Assembly: GCA_964016885.1 (NCBI GenBank)
Contig: OZ024747.1
Coordinates: 51,646,001 to 51,710,000, forward strand
Direction of reading: 5' to 3'
Length of the DNA stretch: 64,000 nucleotides
Source: Eledone cirrhosa
Taxonomy: Eukaryota
Each line of letters begins with the position of its first letter. Position 1 is the first letter of the stretch. The translations under genes were made by a program, and so were the position numbers. Under the pieces are notes generated by a model, which saw only the letters and a list, made by a program, of their open reading frames with translations, did no database searches and was not told where the DNA came from. Positions 13,401 to 27,198 of the stretch are shown one piece after another.

Positions 13401-15936
13401 ACGAACAAAGCGACGTTATAATAAGCGCCGCTAAACTGATACGTGCATATATGTATGTGTACCTGTATGCATATGTATGTATATATGTATATATATATAT
13501 ATATGTGCATGCTACTGTACGTCTGTATACATATATGTATGTACGTATACATGCATACTTACATTTAAGTAAGTGCCATACTAAGAGTGAGAAATGAAAT
13601 TTCGTTTTCATTTTGTTTCAATTTATCGTTTTCGGTATGCCTGACCGATTTAACTCACTCAATATGCAAATTAGGCTGCTCAGCCGTTAATTTTCATAAG
13701 GAAAGTATATACTTTCGAACGTTCAACTATCTGGCAGATGGGTAAACGGTGCTGATGATAGCTAACAAGCTTGAAACTAGTACATCGTTCCTGTGTCAGT
13801 GTTGAACAAAAAGGTGACGTGGTTGCCTTAACACCGTATGGCATAAATTCAGGCTGTTCAGTTTGTTTACAAACGAACAAAGCGACGTTATAATAAGCGC
13901 CGCTAAACTGATACGTGCATATATGTATGTGTACCTGTATGCATATGTATGTATATATGTATATATATATATATATGTGCATGCTACTGTACGTCTGTAT
14001 ACATATATGTATGTACGTATACATGCATACTTACATTTAAGTAAGTGCCATACTAAGAGTGAGAAATGAAATTTCGTTTTCATTTTGTTTCAATTTATCG
14101 TTTTCGGTATGCCTGACCGATTTAACTCACTCAATATGCAAATTAGGCTGCTCAGCCGTTAATTTTCATAAGGAAAGTATATACTTTCGAACGTTCAACT
14201 ATCTGGCAGATGGGTAAACGGTGCTGATGATAGCTAACAAGCTTGAAACTAGTACATCGTTCCTGTGTCAGTGTTGAACAAAAAGGTGACGTGGTTGCCT
14301 TAACACCGTATGGCATAAATTCAGGCTGTTCAGTTTGTTTACAAACGAACAAAGCGACGTTATAATAAGCGCCGCTAAACTGATACGTGCATATATGTAT
14401 GTGTACCTGTATGCATATGTATGTATATATGTATATATATATATATATGTGCATGCTACTGTACGTCTGTATACATATATGTATGTACGTATACATGCAT
14501 ACTTACATTTAAGTAAGTGCCATACTAAGAGTGAGAAATGAAATTTCGTTTTCATTTTGTTTCAATTTATCGTTTTCGGTATGCCTGACCGATTTAACTC
14601 ACTCAATATGCAAATTAGGCTGCTCAGCCGTTAATTTTCATAAGGAAAGTATATACTTTCGAACGTTCAACTATCTGGCAGATGGGTAAACGGTGCTGAT
14701 GATAGCTAACAAGCTTGAAACTAGTACATCGTTCCTGTGTCAGTGTTGAACAAAAAGGTGACGTGGTTGCCTTAACACCGTATGGCATAAATTCAGGCTG
14801 TTCAGTTTGTTTACAAACGAACAAAGCGACGTTATAATAAGCGCCGCTAAACTGATACGTGCATATATGTATGTGTACCTGTATGCATATGTATGTATAT
14901 ATGTATATATATATATATATGTGCATGCTACTGTACGTCTGTATACATATATGTATGTACGTATACATGCATACTTACATTTAAGTAAGTGCCATACTAA
15001 GAGTGAGAAATGAAATTTCGTTTTCATTTTGTTTCAATTTATCGTTTTCGGTATGCCTGACCGATTTAACTCACTCAATATGCAAATTAGGCTGCTCAGC
15101 CGTTAATTTTCATAAGGAAAGTATATACTTTCGAACATCTGGCAGATGGGTAAACGGTGCTGATGATAGCTAACAAGCTTGAAACTAGTACATCGTTCCT
15201 GTGTCAGTGTTGAACAAAAAGGTGACGTGGTTGCCTTAACACCGTATGGCATAAATTCAGGCTGTTCAGTTTGTTTACAAACGAACAAAGCGACGTTATA
15301 ATAAGCGCCGCTAAACTGATACGTGCATATATGTATGTGTACCTGTATGCATATGTATGTATATATGTATATATATATATATATGTGCATGCTACTGTAC
15401 GTCTGTATACATATATGTATGTACGTATACATGCATACTTACATTTAAGTAAGTGCCATACTAAGAGTGAGAAATGAAATTTCGTTTTCATTTTGTTTCA
15501 ATTTATCGTTTTCGGTATGCCTGACCGATTTAACTCACTCAATATGCAAATTAGGCTGCTCAGCCGTTAATTTTCATAAGGAAAGTATATACTTTCGAAC
15601 GTTCAACTATCTGGCAGATGGGTAAACGGTGCTGATGATAGCTAACAAGCTTGAAACTAGTACATCGTTCCTGTGTCAGTGTTGAACAAAAAGGTGACGT
15701 GGTTGCCTTAACACCGTATGGCATAAATTCAGGCTGTTCAGTTTGTTTACAAACGAACAAAGCGACGTTATAATAAGCGCCGCTAAACTGATACGTGCAT
15801 ATATGTATGTGTACCTGTATGCATATGTATGTATATATGTATATATATATATATATGTGCATGCTACTGTACGTCTGTATACATATATGTATGTACGTAT
15901 ACATGCATACTTATATATATATATATAAATATATAC

Positions 15937-16133
15937 AGGAACAAATAAGACCCCGACGGCTGAGCTCAAGCCGTTTCGACGGCTAATTCAGTCCAGAATT
16001 AGCCGTCGAAACGGCTTGAGCTCAGCCGTCGGGGTCTTATTTGTTCCTATTACCCACTCTACTACCCTAAGTATTGAGTACTTTGGTGCGTTATGGTCCA
16101 CTTGGTTCCTTACCACATTTCCTTCGTTATAAA
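15937..16133 (+). mobile_element. Fold-back element: 53-bp perfect inverted repeat containing the 3' half of a hammerhead, plus ~85-bp one-sided tail
   Basis: Arms 15937-15989 and 15996-16048; GAAAC-ggct-tgagctc-agcc-GTC; flanked by (TA)n. Confidence 0.75.
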
Positions 16134-16386
16134 TATATATATAGTAGCGAGATCTAGGCAAATAGATGTCTATTGAAACGTACGTAAGAACCGAATAAAT
16201 CTCTTTTACTGCATCTTTCTGTTCTTTTTAATTCTCTATACACGTCCCGGAATATAGCTAAACTGGAATATACAGCTTTTTTCTGCATTTCGTTGAGCAC
16301 CACTCTGTTGTAAGCTGACATTCCACTACACGGTACATAACACTGTGTCCTGGAAAACATTAATGCACTCTTGCATAACCAATTAT

Positions 16387-16513
<127 letters not shown>

Positions 16514-17727
16514 GTCACCACAGTAACATATACAGGTATTTAAGTTTCTCATTCAGCCTGTTATAAATTCAAAGGTTTTTTTAACAGGCTGAATGAATTG
16601 GGGTGCTTAAATTAAAATCCGTGATTTAGTAGTCCGGCTAAAAGAGATCAGTATAATAGGTCTGAGACTTAAAAAATATTTAAATTATTAATACCGTTAT
16701 GGTCGTAAAAATATTTAAATTATTAATACCGTTATGGTCGTAAAAATATTTAAAGTATTAATACCGTTATGGTCGGCCAAATCTGTTTATGGTGATACCC
16801 CGTTATGGCGACTGTCTAATAACTGAAACCAGAGAAATATTTTGCCGTAACCCCGCTTACTCTCTCATTGTTATCACTAGTTTCAATATCTTTTACTACC
16901 TAGCTACATAACAACTAATTCAACCAATCTCTCGAGGCTTCATGTCCTTGTACAAGGCATTATATTTCACGCTGCTTCTGTCAGATCGCTGGAAAACAAA
17001 AATGAGTGCCAAGCTGTAACGGATTTCACCTTTCGAATCGATAGAGAAGAAAAGGGAGACAAGCATGCAAAATCGACTGTTGATGATCTTACATAAAATA
17101 TCTCCAGAGACAGACAGAGTGGTCAGGCATGATCGAAGGGAGACGTTTTTTAAAATATATTCTATTGATAAGTACGGTAAGGCATTGTTCTTTGTATCTA
17201 GAAGAAGAAGAAGAAGAAGAAGAAGAAATATAAGAGGAGAAACTAATGTGGATAGGTGGGGAGGGGCATGGCCGTGAGGTGGTGGAATCAACAAGAAGCG
17301 GGTAGTAGGGTAGTAGACAATGTAGGGGAGACAAAAGAATATATGTTATTAAGATAGCAGTGAGTACAGCATGTCTGGAAGATCTGAAAACTAATGAAAA
17401 CACATACACACTCATACATACAAGTACATACACACATAAGCGCATACACACTCTTATGTACGAGTACTTGCAGACATTCACACGCATAAGCAGCCGTATA
17501 AATACATATAAACATAACAACTCCCATAACGCCGCTAACACACAGAAGTTCGTAAATAACCCACCCCCCCTTCCCCCACATGCACATGGACGTATATATA
17601 CGTGTAAATATGTGTGTGTAACTATGTACGTTTGCGATTAAATATATACATACACACATACACACACTCACACACACATATATATATATATATATACATT
17701 CCTACATACATATATATATATACACAT

Positions 17728-17799
<72 letters not shown>

Positions 17800-17904
17800 A
17801 TATATATACATGTACATGCATACACACATATATACACATACACACACACACGTGTATATATATATATATACATGCTTACATATATATATATATATATATA
17901 TATA

Positions 17905-17967
<63 letters not shown>

Positions 17968-18429
17968 GAATATATATATATATATATATATACATATGAA
18001 TATATATATATATATATACACACACATGCTTACATATACATTTGTTAGATATGTACTAACATTCAACGAGGCAATGTTATGCGTGCAGTAGCAATGCAGA
18101 TCTGTTGAATGGCAGTGTATGTGTGCAGCAAGGATGACATGGGGGTAGGAAGTGCAACATTTAGGGGTAGATTAGTTGCAGTCTATGCAGGGTAGGAGTG
18201 GTGGCGTCTGTTAATAAATGCTGAGTAGATGTTGTAGACAGCAGTATATTAAAGTAAAAGTGCATTAGTGCAATACAATTGGCGCGTGCTGGGTGCAGCT
18301 GAACTACGTACACTCTATGTGGTACATACACATATATATATATATAATTTACATACTCACACACATACATACACACACACACAAACATACACACAAATAT
18401 TTATATGTATATATGTTTATAAATATATA

Positions 18430-18466
<37 letters not shown>

Positions 18467-18468
<2 letters not shown>

Positions 18469-18835
18469 AAAAAATGAAACGAAATTTCATTTCCCACTCT
18501 TAGTACGGCTGTTACTTAAAAATAAGTATGTATACATGCATACATATATGTATACAGACCTACAGTAGTATGTATATATATACATAGATTTAATCATCTA
18601 GCAGGAAGGTATATGGTGCTGACGATATTTAATAAGCTTGAAACTAGTACATCGTTCCTTTGTCAGTGTTGAACAAAGGGGCTACGATGGTTGCTAAACA
18701 CTGTACGGCTTAATTCGGGATGTTTGTTTACAAACAAACCGAGCATTATAATAAATGTTCGGTAAATCCATACATATATATATATATGTGCATGTATGTA
18801 TATATATACATACTACTTTACGTCTGTATACATAT
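18467..18835. mobile_element. Diverged, internally inverted copy of the 472-bp retrozyme family
   Basis: 18467-18585 in - orientation, 18592-18835 in + orientation with CTGACGA...GAAACTAGTA at 18612-18656. Confidence 0.85.
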
Positions 18836-18840
18836 ATATA

Positions 18841-18910
18841 TACGCGAGTCAGTATATATCAATAAATTGTAAATAGAAACACAGACACACACATATATAT
18901 ACATGTATGC

Positions 18911-18963
<53 letters not shown>

Positions 18964-19033
18964 TGTTTATATATATATATATATGTAATTATATATATAT
19001 ACATATATGTTTATATATATATATATATATATA

Positions 19034-19103
<70 letters not shown>

Positions 19104-19172
19104 CATACATGTATATATATGTGTGTGTCTGTGTTTCTATTTACAATTTATTGATATATACTGACTCGCGTA
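18841..19172. repeat. ~65-bp inverted repeat bracketing a (TA)n tract
   Basis: tacgcgagtcagtatatatcaataaattg... versus ...caatttattgatatatactgactcgcgta. Confidence 0.85.
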
Positions 19173-19214
19173 TTTACTCACACAAAACGCACACACGTAC
19201 ACATGTATATATAT

Positions 19215-19392
19215 AATTGTTTCTACTTTTGGCACAAGGCTAGCAACTAAACCAGTGTATTACTGGTACTTTATTTTATCGACCCCGTAAGGATGAAAGG
19301 CAAAGTTAACCTCGGCGGGATTTGAACCATAAAGGGCCGTAACTTTATGCTGCAATGGCATCAGACCCTCTGCCGATACTGCCAATCCACTT
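19215..19392 (-). mobile_element. tRNA-derived SINE
   Basis: Reverse complement of the SINE at 3703. Confidence 0.85.
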
Positions 19393-19737
19393 ATATATAA
19401 TGAGCGATTGCCGTTTCAACAGCTAGCAGTTGATACGGCAAGAGCTCAGCCGTCGGGTCCAGATTCTTTATAATGTAACCATTCTCTGCTACCCCAAATA
19501 TCGAGTACTCTGTTGAGTAATGATCTAACCAGTTTTAAACAGAATCCATCCTGATTTATATAATGATGCATATATATGTGTGTTAACAATGGTTGATTTG
19601 TGAAACATTAGTGGGATTTTAACATTTAAAAATTGTGCGTCCCAACGCTGTTTATTACAACAGTGGTAGTCTATCACTTTAGATAATAAGATTGGAAAAT
19701 GTGAATTAACGTGACTTTGTTACTGGCGTTGTGATGC

Positions 19738-19770
<33 letters not shown>

Positions 19771-19775
<5 letters not shown>

Positions 19776-20031
19776 GACAGGGGAGAAGAAAAAATGGCTT
19801 CCCTTGTGCTTTCAACAAATTTATTTTCTTCACAAAATCCAAAAAGAGTTTTTCTTAAAAAAAATTTAATTATTTTATAAATTAGCTTAATTTATAAAAT
19901 AATAAAAATTTTTTTAAGAAAAATTATTTTTGGATTTTGTGAAGAAAATAAATTTGTTGAAAGCACAAGGGAAGCCATTTTTTCTTCCCTCCTGTCTTAA
20001 TATACCTAACTGTACCAAGGATTACACATTT

Positions 20032-20036
<5 letters not shown>
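19771..20036. repeat. ~115-bp-arm AT-rich fold-back with ~35-bp one-sided tail in (TA)n
   Basis: Arms about 19771-19883 and 19888-20002. Confidence 0.8.
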
Positions 20037-20099
<63 letters not shown>

Positions 20100-20103
<4 letters not shown>

Positions 20104-20292
20104 AAGAGTCGGGATCCAACGGCTGAACTCATTCCGTTTCAACAGCTAGTTCCGGAACGAACTGTTTAAACGCCAAAAGCTCAGCCGTTAGGTCCCGACT
20201 CTTTTTATAATGTAACCATACTCTACTACTCCAAGTGTCGAGCATTCTGTTGAATAATCGTCTCATTGGCTTCAAACTGTCTCTACCCTGAT
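20100..20292 (+). mobile_element. Diverged member of the half-hammerhead fold-back family
   Basis: aaagagtcgggatccaacggctga...tcagccgttaggtcccgactcttt, with a tail similar to 16050-16130 and 19470-19530. Confidence 0.65.
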
Positions 20293-20550
20293 ATATATAT
20301 ATACTTTTTTCACATTAAACATGAAGAATTTCCAAAACTGATCAGATTAGAGCAAAAAAATTACTTTTGAAAAGCATAAGAATTGCGCAACGGGTAAAAA
20401 CTTAAAACTAAAACTGAATACTAACTAATACTTATTACTAATTTATACTTATTCCTAATTAAACTATTTTTCACTGGGAAAAATTTGTCAGCATTTTCTT
20501 TTCCTTTTTACTAATAAATCACAACTCGTGTGTCACGCCTCTATTGTTTT

Positions 20551-20765
20551 AAATAACGAAGGAATTGTGGTAAGGAACCAGATGGACCATAACGCACCAG
20601 AGTACTCAATACTTAGGGTAAGTAGAGTGGGTAATAGGAAAAAGTATGACTCCGACAGCAGAGCTCAAGCCGTTTCGACGGCTATTTCTGGACCAAGAAA
20701 TAGGTCCAGAAATAGCCGTCGAAACGGCTTGAGCTCTGCCGTCGAGTTCATACTTTTTCCTATTG
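20551..20765 (-). mobile_element. Half-hammerhead fold-back element (same family as 15937)
   Basis: Inverted repeat centred on ~20698 with GAAACggcttgagctctgccGTC; tail is the reverse complement of 16050-16130; ctattgttttaaata on both flanks (possible TSD). Confidence 0.75.
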
Positions 20766-20768
20766 TTT

Positions 20769-20831
<63 letters not shown>

Positions 20832-21009
20832 GTGTGTGTGTGTGTCACGGGCTGTGATTCGACCTGAAGAGGAATGTGCTCCACCAGGTTTAATATGCCA
20901 ACATTAACCATGTAACATGATGGCTCAAACAAAGATCTTTGTGGTATTTAGTTATAGTTCTAAGATCAAATCCCACCGAATTAAATTACACCCTTTATTA
21001 TTATTAAAA

Positions 21010-21230
21010 AAGGTGGATTGGTAGAGTCTGTATAGCGTCGGACAACATGTTTTCTAGTATGTAGTTACGTCCCTTTTGTTGCAAGTTCAATCCCATCTAT
21101 GTTAGCTTGGCATCTCATTTTTAAGGGGTCGATAAAATAAAGTAGCAGTAATGCAATGGGGTTGATTTAATCGACTTATCTCACTTCCAAATTTGTTGAC
21201 CTTGTACCTAAATCAGAAACCATTATTCTG
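21010..21230 (+). mobile_element. Diverged SINE
   Basis: ggggtcgataaaataaagtagcagtaatgc core. Confidence 0.65.
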
Positions 21231-21651
21231 AAATCAGTAAAATAAAACAACAGTACTTGGGTAGATTTGATAGAATCTCCCCCTGTCATAAAATTGCTGG
21301 ACTTGTGCCTAAATCAAGAAACATTATCATACGGTCTCATACACCTGATTTATGTCAATGTTGTCTGAGTAAGTGTTAAATTTCTGAGTTTGAAACGACA
21401 CAGATTTGAGGTTATCTATCGTTGAAGATATTGAGATAATTGTAAAGTGTTCTGTTATAGGGAGACCCGTTAACCATTTCCATGCCATTCATGACACGGC
21501 CATAAACCTCCGCTTAAATTAATATCTTCTTTCAAACGGGAAGAAGAAAAAGAAGCGTGCATCCTCCACTCATGATGATCACACACTCACACTGACATAC
21601 ACACATACACCCACATATACATGTACACACATGCACACATACACGCATACA

Positions 21652-21703
21652 CGTGGTGGTGGTGGTGGTGGTGGTGGTGGTGGTGGTGGTGGTGGTGGTG
21701 GTG

Positions 21704-21739
<36 letters not shown>

Positions 21740-21923
21740 ATGGTAGTAGTAGTAATAGTAGCAGTAGTAGTAGTAGTAATAGTAATAGTAGCAGTAGTAG
21801 TAGTAGTAGTGGTAGTAGTAGTAGTAGTAGTAGTAGTAGCAGTAGTTGTAGTAGTAGTAGTAATAGTAGTAGTAGTGGTAGTGGTAGTAGTAGTAGTGGT
21901 AGTGGTAGTAATAGTAGTAGTTT

Positions 21924-21961
<38 letters not shown>

Positions 21962-21985
21962 ATAGTAATAGTAGCAGTAGTAGCT

Positions 21986-22039
<54 letters not shown>

Positions 22040-22116
22040 ACAGTAGTAGTAGTAGCAGTTGTAGTAGTAGTAGTAGTAGTGGTAGTGACAGTAGTAATAG
22101 CAGTAGTAGTTGTAGT
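21652..22116. repeat. (GGT)n + (AGT)n microsatellite
   Basis: Direct inspection. Confidence 0.95.
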
Positions 22117-22149
22117 TGGCGTCGGCGGTGGCGTTGTCGGTGGGGGTGG

Positions 22150-23500
22150 GTGGGTAGTTGGTGTTGTTGTTTCCTTCGTTGTTTAGCTAACTCATCGAGC
22201 AACAAAGGATCCAAAGACTTTCCAGCCGTGACCATCTGGATGTTTTAAGGAATATGTTGGACGGTGTTTGTCTTTTTATTTACAATATTCTGTTTATATT
22301 GGTGGTGTCTGCATTTTCTCTTGTGGGTGTTTTGTGATGTGTGGAGGTTCTTTTTGTGTGTATTTTTTTTTTTTTTTTGTGGGGTTAGGGTTAGGGTTAG
22401 GGTTAGGGTTAGGGTTAGGGTTAGGGTTAGGGTTAGGGTTAGAGTTTGGCTGCTCGTCTTCGCTCCTGGAAGACGAGGTATCTGTGACAGTTATTTTGTC
22501 TGTGTTTTCGTGTGTGTGTTTGGGTTTGTGTTTGTGTTTGTGCCAATGTGTGTATTGTGGAGGAGGGAGGAATGGGAGAGCTTTACTTGTTTTGTTTTTT
22601 TCCTGGGTGGTCAAATTTAGTGGTGGTGGTGTTTCTTCTGGTAGTGTTACCGGTGCTGGTATTGGTGGTGGTCCCCTCCCCAGCATGGGCAGCAGTGAAA
22701 GTTTCCGAACTCTTGCATTTTTGAGGTGAGGGCGGAAGGCTCGAAGTGAGTTGTTTCGCCGCAGACGAAACAGTGCGGCCCTTTTCCATTGCACATTACT
22801 AGCAGAGCTGTCTCGGTTTGGGAACTTTTTCAGGTTCTCAGGACTGATCTAGGGAATATCTCCAGGTCAACCTCGAACCGATCCTCCCAGTCTTTTCTCG
22901 TTACCTCGATCGGGACGGCATCCATCCCCTCCATAATCACGCATCCCATGAGCCACCAAATATCTAGTCCTGGTGGAATCTTGAGAATGCGGACTTTAAC
23001 AGTACTTTTGTCCCGTGTGGGTGGGTACATGAGGAACTTGCTGGTTATGCAAGGGGTTAAGGTTAGGAGGGCTTCTGACTTAAACAGTACTGAGATGGTG
23101 CCGTATTGTCTGCCCATCACTCTGTATTCTGTGTCGTCTGAGATGCACCTCAATGCAGCTATGACTTCTGGCTAAGAATGTTGGTGGCTTTTTTAGTCTC
23201 CACCGAGATGCATCTAAAGGCAACAATTTTCCTCTCCACCGCTTTTATGGTTTCTGCCAAGATAGTTAAGTTGGCCAAGGTTTTCTCTTGTTTAATGAGC
23301 TTCCAGGCCTGGATCAACATTTCCTCTTTTTTTGTCAGGTCCATGATAAAGCATGGCCTTTTTATGGATGCTGCAGCTTCGAAAGGGTTCTTGTTGTTTG
23401 TACTTCTGGTCACATTGTTGTCACAAGAAGTTGTATTGAAGGCAAATTGACTGTTATTTCTTGCAAAATTAAACAGGGATGTTAAAGACACTTTCGAATT
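22150..23500 (-). pseudogene. Degenerate gag/ORF1-like coding remnant of a non-LTR retrotransposon
   Basis: Broken minus-strand ORFs (TVKVRILKIPPG; GKGPHCFVCGETTH zinc-knuckle-like; Pro/Lys-rich tail) with stops and frameshifts. Confidence 0.55.
22382..22442 (+). repeat. Interstitial telomeric repeat (TTAGGG)~10
   Basis: Perfect ttaggg run. Confidence 0.95.
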
Positions 23501-24196
23501 AAAATGCATGGTACACAAATTGGCTCTAAACTTATTTACGTCTTGAAACCTCTAGTAACGCGAAATATAAGTCAAACTATTGATATAAACATTCGCGCAC
23601 GCACACACACAGATATACACACCCACGTGCACACAAACGCGGATATACATCCCCATACACACAAACAAGCATATAGACTGACACACACATACGCAAATAG
23701 ACACACATACATACGCAAACATACATACACGCACTCCCCACACTTACGCACACACACACAAATACATGCACGATTATTTTACACGCAAAAACGGTAATTT
23801 TGTCTCGCACTTTACTTATCCGTATCCCAGGTTACACGTATACTGACACGGTCTCTAATCAACAACTAATTAATCTAGACTGAACTATATGATTCTCTGG
23901 CCCTGTCCGATGTGTTTAACGATTGGAGTCAGCCCACCCCATCACACCCCACCTTCACCTACCTCCCTACATATCACTGAACATGTACAACCGGAACCCA
24001 CCGCATACCTTTCCTCCCGCACAAAGCTTATCTTCTTTAAGTATCAAATTCCATGTAGGTGGCGCCTTTTACCCTTGTATTTACATCCTTTACAATTTTG
24101 TTATCATTTCTTTCACTAAACTAAAACCGCCATTACATCTACTTACACTTCACACACATAAACACACACATAAATATGTGCGTACATGTATGTATG

Positions 24197-24276
<80 letters not shown>

Positions 24277-24281
<5 letters not shown>

Positions 24282-25330
24282 GGTAAATAGAAATAACAAC
24301 ACCATCGGTACAGTATATGGAAGGGATATATTAGGTTAACGCTTGATATAGCGGGAAGATGGTCTTATCGTTTCGGACGCTAGTCTTTCATCAGAAGAGA
24401 GAATGAGAAATAAGATAGATTAAGGGTATTGGGATTTGGAGAAAATATCTTTAGATAAAAATAACAGGTCCATTTATGTTGACATATCTTGTAAAACTGT
24501 TGGTGCTGGTGTTTTGTGGATGATATAAATTTTAGAAAAGTGGATGATGTTGTGTGTCTACCTGAAATGGAAAAAAAACGTTTTGTGAACAGAGCTATAA
24601 TTGAGCACGTGCGTAAGCATGTCTGTGTGCGTGTTACTATACCTCCGTACGAAGCTGAGAAGAAATGTGTGTGTGTATATGTGAGTAAAAGAGTTGTGTG
24701 AATGTAAGTACGAAGCTATGAGCAAAAGTATGTTAATATAAGGGTGTGTATGTGTGTATACACAGCAGTGAAGGGAAAAGTGGAGTGAGCATATATAGTC
24801 GGCCTGTATTAGTTTTAAGAGAAGATGATAATTGTTTCTACTGTTGGCACAAGGCCAGCAATTACCCAGTGCATTACTGGTACTTTATTTTATCGACCCC
24901 GTAAGGATGAAAGGCAAAGTAAACCTCGGCGGGATTTGAACTCAGATCGTGATCAAGAGTAAGCGATAAGAATCTAGGCGTGTGATAATGGACATAATGG
25001 ACAGGGTATTAGAGAAACTGGGGAGGTGAGTTGAGTCCAAGAGGGGAATAGGACCCAAGGCGGTGAATTAGACTTTGTTCAGTCCTGGTGCGCGAGACCT
25101 ATGATCTATGATGTAAAAGGAAACCCCGGTCTGAAACATGTAGGGAAGAATGACCGGGAGAACAGACATGACGGACAACAGGAGTATCCAAACCGAGTCG
25201 TATGTCCCTCAAATGCTCGGCAAAATGGTCCGCCATACGGCGTCCCGTTTGCCCGATATATAAAGACCAGCAAATGGGAACACTGGAGGGCATAGACAAC
25301 GTGGGTGGATGTGCAAGTGAACGAGTGTAT
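24277..25330 (-). mobile_element. Penelope-like element 3' remnant (GIY-YIG endonuclease + 3' region with hammerhead motif), interrupted by a SINE
   Basis: FTCTSTHVVYALQC / YIGQTGRRMADHFAEHLRDIR / EQSLIHRLGSYSPLGLN; minus-strand CTGATGA-aagac...gtcc-GAAAC at 24370-24394. Confidence 0.8.
24828..24946 (-). mobile_element. SINE 3' fragment
   Basis: Same SINE core. Confidence 0.8.
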
Positions 25331-25610
25331 ATACATGTATATATACGTATACACATGTATATACATGTATATACATGTATATACATGTATGTACATGTTT
25401 ATACATGTATATACACTCGTGGAACTGTAGAAGCCATTTTTCTGTTGAACTTGATGTTTGCTCTCTACTCATGTATTGACTACCTTACTAACTGTGGTTA
25501 CCTTGGATTAAACAATTAATCACAGGACTCACTCACATATACACACATATATATTTGAACCGTTAAGGTATCATTCCTGGGCATGTCAATATTTATTAAA
25601 ACAAACTTTG

Positions 25611-25672
25611 TATTTTATCTGATGAGAGCGTACCAAAGTGTTGGTACCCTTGAAATATATATAATAGAATAA
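25611..25672 (+). ncRNA. Minimal hammerhead motif (family B)
   Basis: tattttat-CTGATGA-gagcgtacca...tggtaccctt-GAAA-tatatATA-atagaata. Confidence 0.65.
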
Positions 25673-25975
25673 ATATGGTTTTATAAATATAGTTTCCATT
25701 TATTAATATCATTGATATATATTTTTCATTCATATGTATTTTTATTTGTCTGATCCGAATTTTCTTGGTCGTATTTTTGGCTGTGCGAATGATTGTTTAA
25801 GCATCGTCTCAGTGTGTTGGTATTAAACGTTAGTTATAGCTCTGGTTTATCCAAACTATTGAGCACTTTGCCACACATTTCGAAGATTGTGTTTCGTTAT
25901 TTCGTGGGCCGAAGTTCCGATTCTCGATAATTTATTTATATTTATATAAATATATATATATGTGTGTGTGTGTGT

Positions 25976-26053
<78 letters not shown>

Positions 26054-26055
<2 letters not shown>

Positions 26056-26200
26056 GTAAATGGTAAACAGAAATAACAACACAATCGGTACAGTATGTGG
26101 AAGGAATATATTAACGCGTGAAATAGCAGGAAGAGGGTGTTAATGTTTCGGAGGCTTGTCCTTCATCAAAAGAAAGAATGAGAACGGGTGGGGCGAAATG
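26054..26200 (-). mobile_element. PLE pLTR-end remnant related to 24277-24410, with decayed hammerhead
   Basis: Shared agaaataacaacac..tcggtacagtat..ggaagg; minus strand TTGATGA-aggac...tcc-GAAAC. Confidence 0.6.
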
Positions 26201-26489
26201 GGAAAAAATGTTTTTTATCAGGATGGAATCAGCTTGAATTACTCGATACTGAAATGAGATATGGTTTAAACGTATAAGCGTGCAAAGTTGTCTCAAAGTG
26301 ATAACAAAATGTATATTTGAATTATGGCGGTCCCGGACAACGAGGTGTCTGCGAATGCAGACTTTACCGACAAGGGCGTTCGTAATTTATCTTTGATAGT
26401 GGCGACACAGTGCATGTATGTAAAATGTAAATATACATTCACACACAAAGACACACACACGCACAACTATATATATATATATAAACATA

Positions 26490-27168
26490 TAAGTATGTAT
26501 ACGTACATACATATATGTATACAGACGTACAGTAGTATGTATATACATACATACATGCACATATATATATATATATATACGTATGGGTTTACCAAACATT
26601 TATTATAATGCTCGGTTTGTTTGTAAATAAAAAAAGCCCGAATTATTAGGCGTACAGTGTTAGGCAACCATCGTTACCCTTTTGTTCAACACTGACAAAG
26701 TAACGATGAACTAGTTTCTAGCTTATTAGCTGTCATCAGTACCGTATACTTTCCTGTCAGTTGATTGAACGTTTGAAAGTATATACTTTACTTATGCGTA
26801 TTAACGGCTGGGCAGCCTAATTTGCATATCGAGTGAGTTAGTCGGCCGGGCGTACCGAAAACGATAAATGGAAAAAAATGAAATTTCATTTCTCACTCTT
26901 ACTACGGCTGATACTTAAATATAAGCATGTATACGTACATACAAATATGTATGCAGACGCACAGTAGTATATATATATACACATACATGCACACATATAT
27001 ATATGTACGTATGGGTTTACCGAACATTTATTATAATGCTCGGTTTGTTTGTAAACAAACAGGCCGAATTATTAGCCGTACAGTGTTCGGCAACCATCGT
27101 TGACCTTTGTTCAACACTGACAACGTATCAGCCGTACTAAGAGTGAGAAATGAAATATCATTTTTTCC
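26490..27168 (-). mobile_element. Diverged ~1.5-unit copy of the retrozyme family with short terminal inversion
   Basis: Hammerhead on - at 26702-26746 (CTGATGA...GAAACTAGTT); octamer atttgcat ~26820; inverted piece 27125-27168. Confidence 0.85.
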
Positions 27169-27198
27169 ATATATATATATATATATATACATATATAT

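Larger units (their letters stand above)
10228..15913 (+). mobile_element. Right arm of 472-bp hammerhead retrozyme-like tandem array, 12 units
   Basis: Reverse complement of the left-arm unit; hammerhead cores start at 10441, 10913, 11385, 11857, 12329, 12801, 13273, 13745, 14217, 14689, 15153 and 15625; 8-nt deletion near 15136. Confidence 0.9.
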
